Assembly: GCA_002633005.1 (NCBI GenBank)
Contig: NMRA01000024.1
Coordinates: 248,001-312,000, forward strand
DNA length: 64,000 bases
Direction: 5' to 3'
From: Phoronis australis
Taxonomy: Eukaryota; Animalia; Phoronida
Shown here: positions 24,601 to 38,151 of the stretch, piece by piece
Layout of the letters: each line of letters opens with the position of its first letter
How positions within the stretch are numbered: the first letter of the stretch is position 1
Notes under the pieces: model-generated
What the model saw: the letters and a program-made list of their open reading frames with translations, nothing else
What the model was told of the DNA's origin: nothing
The model's database searches: none
Made by a program: the position numbers and the translations under genes

Positions 24601-27452
24601 GGGCGAATTTGGCCGAGTACGGCCCGATGCCACGTGAAGCGCTTTGAATCAGAAGCAAATGCAAAATTACCAACATAGTTGTAATTGTACTTAATAGCAC
24701 CAGTAGCTGTAACAATTTTGTTGTTGTTGTCCATTTATATCTTATCTTTCATACCATGAACAATACGCTTACAAGGAGGTCACGCATTTCTAAAGATGTG
24801 CGGGAATTTTCACCGCTCGTCCTTCTGAGTGGCTTGTACCAGGATCAAAGAGAGCGCGGCGCCGGAATCAGGTACAATTGTGATGACCGCTTTGCCCGAT
24901 GCGAGCAAGACCCAATTAAATGTAATTATCCAACCATGAACTGTATTAGACATCTCTGACAGTACATAATGGCGAATTTTCAAAATGCATTAACCACTAA
25001 TTTTCGTTATAAACGAACACCACGGCGGTATTCAGCTGGAAAAAAACCAACCAAGTACCGTTTTCGATTTTTAAAAATCGATGGACTAATAATCTAAAAA
25101 CTACAACCATTGGGTACGATTGAAGATGATAAACCACCGCGCGTATTGATATACTCGGTGGATATACAAATGCTGATCTGAGTTAACAATATCACGTGGA
25201 TTCATTTTTTAATATTCTTTCAATCTCGTTTAACCAGATTTTTTGACCACGAAACAGTTGTTGTGCCCACTTTTCATTTTTTATTACTGACAAAGAGCTA
25301 GAAATGTTATATAATCAGTGCCATCGAAATTGTCCAGAGATTCCAAATCTTCAGTTTTTGTTTATCACCATATTTGCACTTTTGTATATATTTTATGATA
25401 AAGATTAAACTTTAATGACACGTGAAATGTTTAGTGTACCTGTAATGTGGTAATGAACTTAAGTAATTAAATTTAGCGGGCGATCAAAATCTACCACTGT
25501 TTTAGTACTTTAAGTTCAAAACTTAGATAAAAAGTTATCAACCAGTTTCCGGTAAGAAAAAAACAAGTGGGCAGAAGCATTAAAAATTAAATAAAGAAAA
25601 CCAGTATGAAACTTATCGTTCCTTTGGGAAGTAGCCCTTTGTGAAGATAAACACAAGTTAACCTTTTTAGTCATTCTGTAATATTTATAATGTACCAAGG
25701 TAAAACTACTCTTCAGCGTTGCAGACTATAACTCTGCAAATGTCAGAGAAAACCAAATTGGGGGTACTAACAACAACCATTGTTGAGACAGTAATGCTAG
25801 CGATTACCTTTCCACTTCATTAGCTCAGATCTCCTTCAATACAAAGGGCGTGCTGAATAGGCATCGTAAAAGTTGTCTGGGGCTTAGGGAATCGGAGCGG
25901 TCGTTATTCCCACAATGTTCCCCATCTGGGGTAGTTTGCGCGGTTCAGGGCGAAGAATACGTCTAGTATTGTTGGGGAAACTGTTTATATAGCTACTGAC
26001 GTCATTGGTCTTGAGGCATCTCTGGAGTTTTCTTTAGGCTCGGTTTATGAGAAAAATGTTTGTTGTCCCAAACTGATCAGTTTTCCCAAATTTGACATTA
26101 ATCACTGTGTAAAATGAAGGAAGATGGCGCGCATACATAACGCAGACGAAAGCAAAAGACGGCATTTCGATTATTCCTCGTCTTAGCAGTTGCATCAAAT
26201 GATTCGTCCGAAGACAGGGGAGCGCTATTTAGAGTGGTAAAATAGGACAACGCAAAATCGAAATTCGTGCAAACACAATGTGCCATCCGTCACGGACGGA
26301 TTTTCGGTTTTGTTTTTAATAGTGAATCATATGGAGTATCCCACTGTTGTCGCATAAACTTGTGAGATCGCTCCAACCGCAGGCGCGATGTTTCTGGTTT
26401 TCATGCTCTGACGTAAACCTGCGGACAATCTCTCACCTTGAGTGTGTGGTGACTTATGTCAGCGTGAATGGGCTTATAACCAATTTTGTTTCGACTCTTT
26501 ATAATTTGTCTGAAGGGGACACCACAGCGCTGAAATTATTTGGCATCTTACCGTTGTGCCACGTGCTGAAGATCGTGCAATTGATTTCAAACGGTTAGCT
26601 GGTGGATTGGTCTAGCTCAACTCCTATACTTGGGAGTATCTGGCGGGGATAACTATACCACTAGATTTGTGTGGCAGTATTTATTCTTCATATCTGGGCT
26701 TACGACGAATATTTTGCACTGGTTCATGCGGTTACCTCTTGCGTTGATCTAGCTCAACTCAGGTATTCACCACTAGATTTATCTGACAGTGCTTATTCGT
26801 GATACCTGGGCTTACGGTGAATATTTTGCAACTCGTTTTAAGCGGTTACCTCTTGGGTTGATCTAGCTTAATGTTTAACCCTTTTTGATAATCGTCTGGC
26901 AGGGACAACCCACCACGTCTGTAATCTAACTAGTGTGCCATGTACAGTGATGCTGAAAATCGTGCAATAGTGGTTTCAAACGGTTACCTGGTGGGTTGAT
27001 CTAGCTCAGCTCGGGTATTTGGCGTGTCTGGCGGGACTAACCTACCACTAGATTTGTCTGGCAGTGTTAATTCATGATACCTGGGCTCGCGGTGAATATT
27101 TTGCAACTGGTTTCATGAGGTTACCTCTTGGATTGATCTACCTCAAATGTTTACCTTGTTTATAACCGTCTGGCTGATACTCCCCACCACTGAAATTGTC
27201 TGGCAGTGACTAATTTTGGCAAACGGTGGATTACGTAGTAGGTAACGAAGGCAGTTTGAAGTGGTTACCAGAAAAATTGATATAGCTCAGTTTTGAATGC
27301 CATTCTCCTGACTCCCCCGGACTGACCACACCCACCAGAGCGAACCTGCCAGACGGCCATTTCCAAGCATGAGGATTCCTCTAGGCCCTCGTGGTACCAA
27401 AGATAAATTCGTTACCTTTTCATGCCCATAAAAGCTCTGGGATCCCGGTCTA
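21609..27452. mobile_element. Non-autonomous Academ-type DNA transposon with very long, internally repetitive TIRs
   Basis: TGT|TAGACTGGGATCCCAGAGCTTTATGGGCATGAAAAGGTAAC...GTTACCTTTTCATGCCCATAAAAGCTCTGGGATCCCGGTCTA|TGT. TAG/CTA ends with a 3-bp TSD are Academ hallmarks. Arms run ~21609-22650 and ~26490-27452. No transposase is recognisable. Confidence 0.8.
23205..23945. mobile_element. Foldback-type MITE nested inside the Academ element
   Basis: Tandem ~16-17-bp CGAAG(G/A)TTCACTACT units at 23226-23310 and their degenerate reverse complements (..TGAACCTTCG) at 23820-23930. Confidence 0.65.
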
Positions 27453-29867
27453 TGTGGCAACGCACAGGTATGAATAATGAAGGTGACATAAAATGGTGCA
27501 TTTGGGCGTGTTTTGGGATAATTTCATTTCGAATGTGAAAAATATATAACACTTAGTTGAAACCTGTCATCCACATTACACGGGATCTGCAGCTGGCGCT
27601 GAACGCCTGTCCACCAAAGATGTACGTGGCGTCGTTTGGTTTACGGGATAGTGAATTTCAGTATGGCGCAGATATTTAGAAAATTAGTTATTCTCCTCAT
27701 AACTCAACACTATGTTAAATGCGGCACGTAATGGTCCAAATTCTTAAAAACATTCTGCTAGATGATATACAAGAGCACCGTATGATTTATTGTTTATTTT
27801 GGATTACAATCTAGATACAACTGGGCGTCTGCGAACAAAAAAAATCAATGTACACATGCTTATACGTAGGGTGTTACCTGTGAAGTACCTTTGATATTCT
27901 CACAAGGTGTTATGGATTGTTGTTTGCAAAGTTGGCATAGTGATGTTTAAAATTACTCAAAGCTGCATTTCAGCCCGTTGGCTGAAAAACAAAAATTGAA
28001 TTAGTCACGATTACTCATAAAACAGATCTCATGACATTTCCATACCTGTCTCAAGTCAACGCCAATACACACGCGCAATTTTCGAATTCGCAATTTTAGG
28101 TTTTGTCAATCCCAATAGAACACTGTCTGATAAAATAGTCCATTACCGCTGTCACCCGACTTCAAAAAACCAGGTGACTGCGGTAACTATTCACCATTTG
28201 TAATAAAACTTTTCATGAAACGGAGTCCTGGCGTTCCCAGTTCGAAAAATTATATTGCCATGATGGACCGCCCAGTGTTCGTAGGCAGGCAACTCTGGAC
28301 GGTCAGAAAACCACATGTCCTTCCGCTCGATTACTTTTTATTGACAGCGTTAAGATACGAGTCGTCTGAAAAATCAAGACGTCTTAATTTCATTTTCAGT
28401 CCTTTTCGTGGACATAAACAAGGCCCCATTTGAATTCCTCATGAAAAGTTGAGAATAAATGTATTTCCCCACAACCTTGGCCAAGTTTTGTGGGACATAG
28501 CTGTATTTCAAATCAGCTGATTTGATTAGCTCTCCGAAAGTTCCACCTAATTGCCTTGTTTTATGATCCACGCTTGGAAAGGTGTATTCAGATCAGTGAC
28601 AATAGCATGTGTATACTGCCTGAAGACCCTTAATGTTCAATTAACATTCAAAATAGCGTTATTAAGTCCTTTTCACAGAGATGGCTTCGATAGGGAACAG
28701 GTGTTTATTGGGTAATTTGCCGTACACGTCATTTGTTACTTCAGTTTGATAGGGAATGTAACCTCGTTTTACCGTTCAAGAAAACACCTGCAGATACCAT
28801 AATTTTGTTATTGGTGATATCTCTGTCGACTTTGTTCAACGAATGTCTAGCCACCCCGAGTGTGAACTTTTTCACCCGTAAAATTACTTTCACCAAACTT
28901 TCTTGAGTCTCAGATTGTGTTTCATTAGGGGTTCTATTGCATTACTGGGAGATGTGGTTTAGTTCAATTTCTCTTCAATGTTCCCAATCAGTCCTCCCGT
29001 TATTAGAGCCGTGATATATGTATATGTAATTAGATCGGTACTGTCACCTGCCCAACCACCTCATTCCATGCCAACACAATAGAGAGCCAGCTGACGGGTT
29101 GTCAACAGTCAAACAGCACATAGTTTTATGATATAATGAGGTGTCATTATGACTATATAGGGGGCCAAGCAGCCCAAGCAGCTGTTGTGTTCTCATTAGC
29201 AACAGTGCACGTCAGACAATCATGCGACGGTCAATTTTGTCCTAACTATGTTCCTCAAATTTTTTAAATGGTTATGTGGATAGCAACATTAAATTTCTCT
29301 CTTAAGACTGCAATTTTCTCCTGCCATGTTCTTTGATGACAAATTTTTGCTCGATGTATTCATTTGAGTTTCTCTTTCTAGAACCAGTTTTCTCAATATT
29401 TTCAAGAGCACCCATTGATAACTCCTTCGTGTCAATTTTTAGGAACTGCTTTGTTATTAACTTTCCCGTCACCGTTTCATGGTAACACTGTCATTTCTTG
29501 ACTAAGGCCAAACAAGCATAGCTGGTTTTGACCTGCGCTCCGACTCATTTGGAAACCTGTGCCCTCCCCCCGGGGCATCATTTCTTCATGCCAAGTTCTC
29601 GGATTTTTTTCATAGGGATGCTGGCAAAATGCTAAACGACGTGGCTTGCCAAGACAGCTACCTTGAATTGTCAATATTATCGAAAATAATTAGGGATCTT
29701 TTCATGCAACACCCTCAATTTAAGGACTGAGTCCTTAATTATTTTCAATGAACTCTGGGTCCAGTATTTATTCATATTATTCGAAAATGCCATTAATAAA
29801 AAGATGAGCTCATAATAAAGATGCATATGTGAACCCATCAAGACACAAATACGCAAAAAGTCTTAGT

Positions 29868-30341
29868 CATGTTAATGTTCTTGATCAACAAATTCAACCA
29901 GATGTGACTAATTGCACATGACATCAAAATGCGATGAGCCTCCACTGTCGAATATATCTTCAACTCGTCAACAATAGAAACAGATGGCTTGGTTTGTGTA
30001 GAAAACATTTTTATCAACAATTTACAGGAATAAACATAACCCTGCATTCAATACCTAATCCGTAACACTGGCAATCGCTGCAGTTTGGTCATATTTACTT
30101 TTCATGTTTCGAACCTAGTTTTCCGAAAAAACACACCCTTTCCTCAGACAACTCTTTGGTGCATTGGCTTGTTCTCTGATATATTTTTCTACGTCTCTGT
30201 GGTTAATTATCGACACATTTTAAAGATTTTAATTTTCAGGTTGGACTCGAAAGACAGGCCATTTAACTCACGCAATGCCGCTTTGTTTATCGCAGTGAGC
30301 CTCGCTTTGGATTTTAATGTCCGCCACGTGAATTAGGTCTA
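29868..30341 (+). repeat. ~470-bp interspersed repeat, copy 2 of 9700-10188
   Basis: Collinear with copy 1; the spurious ORFs at 9929 and 30085 both start MV(V/I)FTFHVSNLVFRKN. Confidence 0.85.
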
Positions 30342-30519
30342 TAGAGCAACGTTTTTTCACCAGATGACATTGTCATTTATGACGAGTTTAAGACAACACA
30401 GATGGGGTTGGTAAAAACTAAGATGATGGCAGAGTGTTTTTCGGCGCTAAGATTGCACAGCAGCATTTCCCCGGATTCCAAGCTTAAAGTGGACGGGGAG
30501 TTAAGATTAATAAACCAAA

Positions 30520-31075
30520 TAGCACTTTCATTGTAGGCCTAGCATGAGCTCTGAAAACGTTTAGAACCAATCAATCACGTGTGTACTTCTGCTCCTACTA
30601 TTTTGATCTCAAAACTGTATAAATGATACTACCGCTACATCTATGGTTGCTTTGCGCTGATTCTGATTTTGTATACATCAGTGAAAGAGGAAGAGCATGA
30701 GGCGCTCGTATTGCTTGACATCGGAATAAGTTAGAGCCAAAAAATAACAAACTCTTCACTCGTGTTCAGCGGAAAGCGTCCGAATGCACTGTGTACAAAT
30801 CAGTAATTACGGACCGTGCCTTACGAAACAAACATCTAATGGATTTGGAGAATGTTTCTATCGTGCACAGTGGCAACAACGAGGTTCACTAGGTGGGCAA
30901 GAGAATCTGGTTGCGTGAAAAGGGTAACCCATGCCTGAACAGATATATGGAACAGTTTCAGTTGGACACAGCATACATTCTGCGAAGTAACAAAATTTCT
31001 AGCTCACTTGTACATGTACGTCCGGGTACTTGGTATACACCAGCTTGAAAATGACCGTCGGATAGGGCATAATCA
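30520..31075 (+). mobile_element. Penelope-like element 3' relic (GIY-YIG endonuclease, degenerate)
   Basis: Reads DFVYISERGRA*GARIA*HRNKLE...FTRVQRKASE..YKSVITDRALRNKHLMDLENVSIV, matching the Penelope pattern YIGETGR..R..EH...KSAITDH...H.IDW. It carries stops and frameshifts. Confidence 0.75.
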
Positions 31076-34000
31076 TAGTAAGTTCATTTCATTCCAAGAG
31101 TCATTTTTTCTAAAACGTTTGAAGTTGGACATGTTAGATATATACAGATAAATACCAGCCTTTATTTTTAAACAAGTAAATACACAGCTACAAAGACTGC
31201 TCAAGTTCAATACATTTTGTACATATTTAAATGGAGACATCCAAAGGCATTTCAACATATACATTCAAACCCAAAAGGCATACTGTCACGAAATATGTGA
31301 TAACAAAACCAACGAAAACTCGAACTGCTTGCTTTAATAGAATGTCTATTAGTTGGTCTTGAAATCATAATTTTATTCATAAATGCAAAATACGTTGCGC
31401 CCCCGCGGTGGAAGAGTCCAATAGAGGCCTATCACTTTTAAGCACCGACCGTTCTTGCGCAGTAACATAATGATATCGAAACACTTGAGATTTCTACAGT
31501 GAAACAACGAGAGGTAAGTTGTGTGATAAATATAGGAATGCCTTTTTAAAAGTTAAGTTACTGTTTAAAACCAAATGTGTTGCTTTTGTTGTGGTCAAGT
31601 TGTTTAGGAAAATAGCCGTAATCTAACATTTTTCCGTTGGTTCACTAAGTAATGTATATAGCTCGTTGAATTGCTGTCGTAGGTAATGTCTCGCATACCG
31701 CCAAATAATATCAATAACAAAGGTGAACCATGACTTCGGGTTCAATATTCCAGTCATCTCACGCTTCATATTTTAAAAATGTAATAATGAAATAGGAAAA
31801 ATGGAAACGTTGACTGGCGTCAACTATAAAACAAAATACAAAAGGGTAAGCAACTTAAAATGAGTAACTAACGGAAAATATTACCGTAGCTTTAATTTTG
31901 TTTGTCATGTCATGTGAGGCGCAGCTCCCAGCCACCTATGGTGTGCCGCCCATGTACGTGTCTTGTACCGCCGGGTTTCAGCGTCAGTTTGACGTGTTTT
32001 CAGATCCATTCGCTGTCAGTTCGAGTACGCCTACATGTTGTTTTCTCCTATGATTATTCATAGGGCCGTTCGAAGAGTTTTAACTAAAAGGCCTTAGAAC
32101 GCCTCTTTAGACCATTCTTTTGAACGTCATTAAGTAAAAGTTGTTCCATTTCAATACATGAAAAATATTGCCGAAATGCAGTTTTAATACTACATTCGAG
32201 TGAAATATCTTTTTAGAGATAAATAACTAAAGCGTTAAACCGCTTGATTCTTTTAATGTAATGTATTGTATTCGTATCCAAAAATCAACATTAATTCAAG
32301 TTAAAGCTACACCCAGCTTGCTCTGCCATACTATTCAAAACAGCTTCTCACGAAAGTGATTGGCAGAGGATTTGCCGAAGTTGAGGAAAAAGCGGAAAAC
32401 GTCGCAAGTCTCCGAAATTGATACAAAACTGTTGAAAATATGGTTAGTGTTGCAAACGCTGTCGTAGAGTTGTGAACGTGGTAGGGAAAATGACCTCGAA
32501 CTACCTAAGTGAATCCTCATCAAAAAGAATTTGTCACAAGGACCCCCCTTTCGTAGGGAATCTGGTTGTGAAAAGATTTCGGAACCTTCTCAGTGTACTT
32601 CCCGTATACCTCTTCTAAGGAAGTAGCCCAGGGTGATACGCTAACTCTCTCAGAACAAGACAGTTATCTTTGAATGTACCAAAGCCTTGCTCAGTTTGTC
32701 TTTCGATTACGTGCTGGTCATTGTTGCATATAAATTCCATGATCAATCCAAAATGAGTGGTCGTGATTTCGTTACCGCCATAGGGTTGTGCCTGTTAACT
32801 TCTGACTACGCTGCATGGGCGACACAGCAATGAAAAAAGTGGGGGAGCTAAAGCCCCCCAGGCCCCCTGTGGTGCATCGTCTATTGACTATGGGCGGCGC
32901 GACACTGAAAAAAGTGGGGCTATAGCCACCCAGCCCCCTATGGTGCGCTGCCCATGCACTTGCAAATTTAAGAGCGGAAATCGACCGATGGAAATGGAAA
33001 TAAAATTCAGCAACTGAAGTTCCTTTTGATAGAGATACCCTAATTTTGGAGAAAAGGTCTGATGAATTGGAAAGAAATGGCCTGTTTTGAAGAATGACTA
33101 CCAGCAATTTACAACCTTCTCGGCTCGGCTGTGTACCATTCCCATCTGAGTCTGGCCAATCCTTGTATATGTAAGAACATCACGTGCGGCAATGAATAAA
33201 GTGGCTTTTTAAAGTGGGACGAGTAAGCAGACGTTTACCCTGCATCTACCGGTGTGCAATTTGGTCAACGCAGGGCCCATGACCACCAAAGTACACGTGA
33301 CTTGATTCTCAAATTGACCGATGAAATTACGTGAAATAAGCCTTCAATGTGATTGGTCAAAAATAGACCTGAAACCACATTTCTCGAAATACAGCCAAAG
33401 TGAGAAAAGGAAAATTTTACGGACGCGCAAGAAATTGTCATATTTATCAAATTTCTATTTTCTCCACTGCACACCACTGACCAAAATAAAAACAGCATCA
33501 GTGCCACAAACCGTGAATAAAGTTCCGTCTAAAAAGACACTGTCGGCCTTAGGGGAAAAAGCAAACAAACCTCAACACATTTATACGCTCGATCCTTTCT
33601 ATATTCATCAGCCGACCAGTTTAGGAATTGACTTAGTATCACCAAATCTGGATGCACTGGACTTACAACTTCAAAGCCATGTTGAAAATACTCAGACCGG
33701 CTTAAACAATCCCCAAATGAAATCATTCTTAAACAGTCGCTAATTACCGGCTTTGAGGTAACCATGTTCGCAATAAATCAAAGTGTTATTGGTAATTTTA
33801 AGAAGTACCGAGATCAAAGATAACTTCCAAGAGCGAGATAATATCTCTGCTTCCACTGCGCTTGTTGGAATGGTTTTGAATTAATTTGCATTGAATTAAA
33901 CTTTGAATATGCATCGGAGACAACTGAATTTCAAAAAATCATGTCAGGCTATTTGAAATTGCTTGTTAATGGTCCAATAAACTTCGGGTTACGTTTTCGT

Positions 34001-34506
34001 ATGAAAACCACAATACAACCCTTGTATCATTGTTTTGGCGCAGTGTAAGCCTACATTTGAATAGCATGGATATTTATATAATTGAAAATATCACAACCTG
34101 ACCAGAGATGAGATGCGAACAGACGAGACTGGTGCGATACAATGGTTCACGATAACTCCTCGTAAAGCGGCAATAAAGCCGCCCTTTAAGAAAAAAAAAC
34201 AACTGCTAACTTGGACACCTAACCGTTACGAAATTAGTCTCAAATTGTTCCTTAGAAAAATTGAAAATGATATCGGGCCTCTACGGACTCATGGCACGTT
34301 ATCGTTTGAGACCATACTAGGCGCCTAAAAAGTAAACGCCGTGAAAAGCCAACTTTTAAAATATTTGCAATAGCATATCTACATGTAAATATTTGAATAA
34401 TAGTTCTACGTATACTACTTTCGTCTATGAACTGTCTACAACTCAGATATAATACCTCCCGATTTATAGGTTTGTCCTCATATCCTTGTACGTTCTGTGT
34501 ATTCTT

Positions 34507-34577
34507 GAATAAATAAATAAATAAATAAAAAAAAAATATATATATATATATATTGGTCTACACACAATATATATATA

Positions 34578-34610
<33 letters not shown>

Positions 34611-34634
34611 TGGTCTACACACAATATATATATA

Positions 34635-34676
<42 letters not shown>
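34507..34676. repeat. Compound microsatellite (AAAT)n/(TA)n/(TG)n with a duplicated ~55-bp unit
   Basis: (TA)n-TTGGTCTACACACAA-(TA)n-(TG)n occurs twice in tandem. Confidence 0.9.
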
Positions 34677-37600
34677 ACCTTAAAAGGCCAACTTGTGGAG
34701 CCTGGTCTCACGCGACAATAAAACTGTAGTAGGTCCTTTGCAAATTCGGAAAGCATGCCCCATCTCACGAAAGAACAAGTTGAGACTGGCTGTGTAGTGG
34801 CAAATGGTCTAAATCAAAAGTTCGCTTTTTGGACTGAACGCGAACGCGGATGTTTATAGCCGTTTTAATTGAGCATTTTTAATAACATTTGTCCCTACAA
34901 CGTCTCTACTGTACGACTGGTGCGCGTATAAGTGTTTCCTCTTGTTTAACAGAAACTGAAATAAGGGAACTGAAAGGAAGTCTGGAAGCCAATCTTCAAA
35001 ATATAAATGGCTGCAGCAATTTTTATTTCCCAGACAGTCGTGTGATTGGAAATGCCAACCGATGATTTGAATACATAACTGCAGATGTAGCGCATGCGTT
35101 AGCGGCCTTGAGTTGAAAAAAATAATACTTATAATAACTCGCTATTACCTTAATGATTTAGTTAATTATTGACGTGATATACTTTTGTTTAATTCATCAC
35201 GAGAATTGTAATAGCAACAGCTTTCAAATATTTCATGATAGTACTCTGTCTGTCTCTCTTAATACTTCATTAGTTCGGCACACATGTTTGGAATCAGCCC
35301 AGTCCGCCAGCACGCGTCATATGCAGATTACAACTTTTTTAAGTTAAGGTCTTTTTGTTCCATATTCTGTTGAAAATTTCATGTTTTCCTTGTTTCATGG
35401 GTCCAAAGTTATCCCACCCTTTAAAGTAAGGTTTTCATGATTGTTATTTCGTTGAAATTTTCATGTTTTTGTTATTTCATCCCTACACATTTTTCTGTGT
35501 TCTTTCCAACCTAGTGGACCTTTGTGTTGCGTCATAATCTCAGCAACAGCAACACAGGAGAAATCTACTAATTCAGTTTCGTGAAATCTTCAATCGTAGC
35601 TGATAAGTCCAACATTACCACAGTTATTTTGGCTTAAATGGTTCAAAAGTTTTGCAATAAAAATATTCTTCAGTTACCCGCGCAATTTCTGCAGATTTGC
35701 ATTAAACAGAACGCAGAATGGCCAGATAACACTTGTAAGAAATACACGAAAGATGGGAATCAGCATGGCATACAGGGTTGTGTAATGTAATGTAAATAAT
35801 GAAATTCGTTAAACCCTAACTGCGAGCAATTATCTCGACGGATTCCTCTCCTGCCATCACTCAAGTTCCACTGTTGTTAATTGATTTGACATACATCACC
35901 CCACATCAGCATTTTATCCGAATAATTCAAGACGTTGGAGCACTTCCAGATGTCTTTTCTAATGACCTGTATCGATCGCCGATAAGGCGATTGTTTCTCT
36001 CGAAATAATTATGTTCAGGAAATATGATTACCTTAATCCATAATGCCGTGGTTTAGCCGGAGGAGCTGTGAACTAACATAGAATTACAATTTCTTTATAT
36101 GCGTGGATACCCAAACACATAGCACATGTTGATGCCTGTTATGGTTAGGCTGCCAATGGCAGTGCTTATATATTTTTCCCATTGCTCATTACGGAACGTT
36201 AGTGTCAAAATTCAACCAAATGTGCGCATGAGTAAACTAACAAAATGGAAACCAAAACTTCAAGTGCCGGCTAGGTCTATTTTGAAAACATGAATTGAAT
36301 TTGTAGGAATAAATTAAATGAAACAACGAGTTATGATCATCATTTTAATTTATGTTTTTAATTTAATAGCTGAGGTAAGTGTTCCTCAAACAAAACTAGA
36401 CCGTTTTTTCACGAAATAGCGAAAACTACGGTATTAATAATAAATGAAGTTTTCACAAAAATATTATCAGAATATAATATTGGCCATCAATATTCATCCT
36501 TTTCGAGCTGTATAAATGCGCCACTGAATCATTTTAAATATTTTAAATATACTGTATAAACAATGACGGCGTATTTTAGGGAATTGTCTGTTCGTTTATT
36601 TGGAACTGAGGGAGTTGAAACGCCGCACAACGTGTCGCTGCTAAACTGAGACGAAAGCAGTCACCAGGAGGCGAGTACCGCGCTCAAAAATAGTTACGAG
36701 ACAATTTACGAGAAGTGGCAGCAGAAGTTATCAAGAGCAGAAATGGTCTCTTGGCATTGCTTTTGAAGCCCGGCGTTTCAACTGAAGATAATGTCGTGCG
36801 TTTTTGTTTTGGAATACCACATCTGGTTAGGTCTACATGTATACGTGCGGAAATAATCTGACCGGATATGAGCAAGCCAATGTTCTAGACAAAAGTGCAG
36901 GCTTACGAGGTATATCATGGATACGAAAGCAAATATGTATCCGTATTTTGTAACCAGTTTTATCCATGTTTACAAAACTGAAGTGGAGGTGTCGTGAAAT
37001 ATTGGGACTGACCTGCATTGCGTTCCGTAAAGCAAGTTTAATGCCAGAATAGCGATATCACACAAGGTATCACCGTACATTACTAACGAAGCAAGTGGTC
37101 ACTTTAGCTTCATTCTTGGATCTAGGAAGCGACCTGTGTATTTTAAACGATTGTAAACCCGCGTCCGTCCCAAAAGGAGCGAACTTATCACTTATCATTA
37201 TAAAATTGGTCTCAATTCGTTCTTTATTCAGATAAAGAATGATTTCTAGATTTGCTAGGAAGCCGACAGTTCCTTGATAAGTGAAACGGCCGCGAGAAAC
37301 CATCTTGTAGAGCTTACTGTCAAGCACCAACGAACAGCCAGTTCCTTTGAAACTCTGAAATTTTCCCAATTTGACCAAGGAACAATTGAGACCAATTTTA
37401 TGACGTTAAGTAATCTAAATCAGATGGGACATGGGTTTAGTAGTCAAATACAGACCGTCTCTCGGCGATTTTCTGCAATCATGCAATAAGATCATCGTGA
37501 GCACTCTTTCATAGTGAGATTTTTTGGAAAGAGGGGGAGACTCCATCACGCTCGGTGTCCTGCCTGTCAACGCCAAACAACCGGCTTGTCACCTAATGCT

Positions 37601-38000
37601 ACAAATACATGGAGTCCTTTTACCCCGGCAATGTTAGTTCACTGTAAAATAGTTGATAAAATTCTGATATGCATGTTTTGACGTACGGATCAGAGCTCAT
37701 GAAGTAGTTTATAAAAATATATTTGATTTTCCAGGCATTATGTTCATATGTTCTGTGTTTGCAATTTCGGGCGTGATGCTAGTTATAAAATAATCTATAA
37801 AATATAACTTTAGGTGATCAACTGTCATCAACTATGTAATGTTAATTTTCGCTATCGGACCTGGCTGACTAATGTCTCCGAAAATAACGTTTGCAAACTA
37901 GTTATAGTGTGTATTAAAGCGAACGGCAATTCTATTTTTTCATTAAGAGCGCAAAACCAGCTGTGTCGCGTTTTGAAGCCGAGAGCAAATTAAAGACCAG

Positions 38001-38151
38001 GCGTGCGTTCAGTAGACGCTAGGACCTACGCTAGGACCTAGCCAAAAGCTAGGCAAGGTCACGTGCTCTTATTTAAAATACACGGCAATATCTCGCGTAA
38101 TCTCGCAAAGTCTTGCTTTTAAGCTAGGTCCTAGCGTTACTGAACGGGAGG
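38001..38151 (+). mobile_element. ~150-bp Harbinger-like MITE (inverted sister copy at ~62015-62162)
   Basis: CAG|GCGTGCGTTCAGTAGACGCTAGGACCTA...TAGGTCCTAGCGTTACTGAACGGGAGG|CAG; candidate 3-bp CAG TSD. Confidence 0.6.

Noticed and set aside
9700-30341. LTR pair bounding a 20-kb retroelement
   Set aside because: No TG...CA ends, PBS, TSD or gag/pol between them; the 5' ends differ.
33321-33743. 140-aa ORF
   Set aside because: No domain signature or supporting exon structure.
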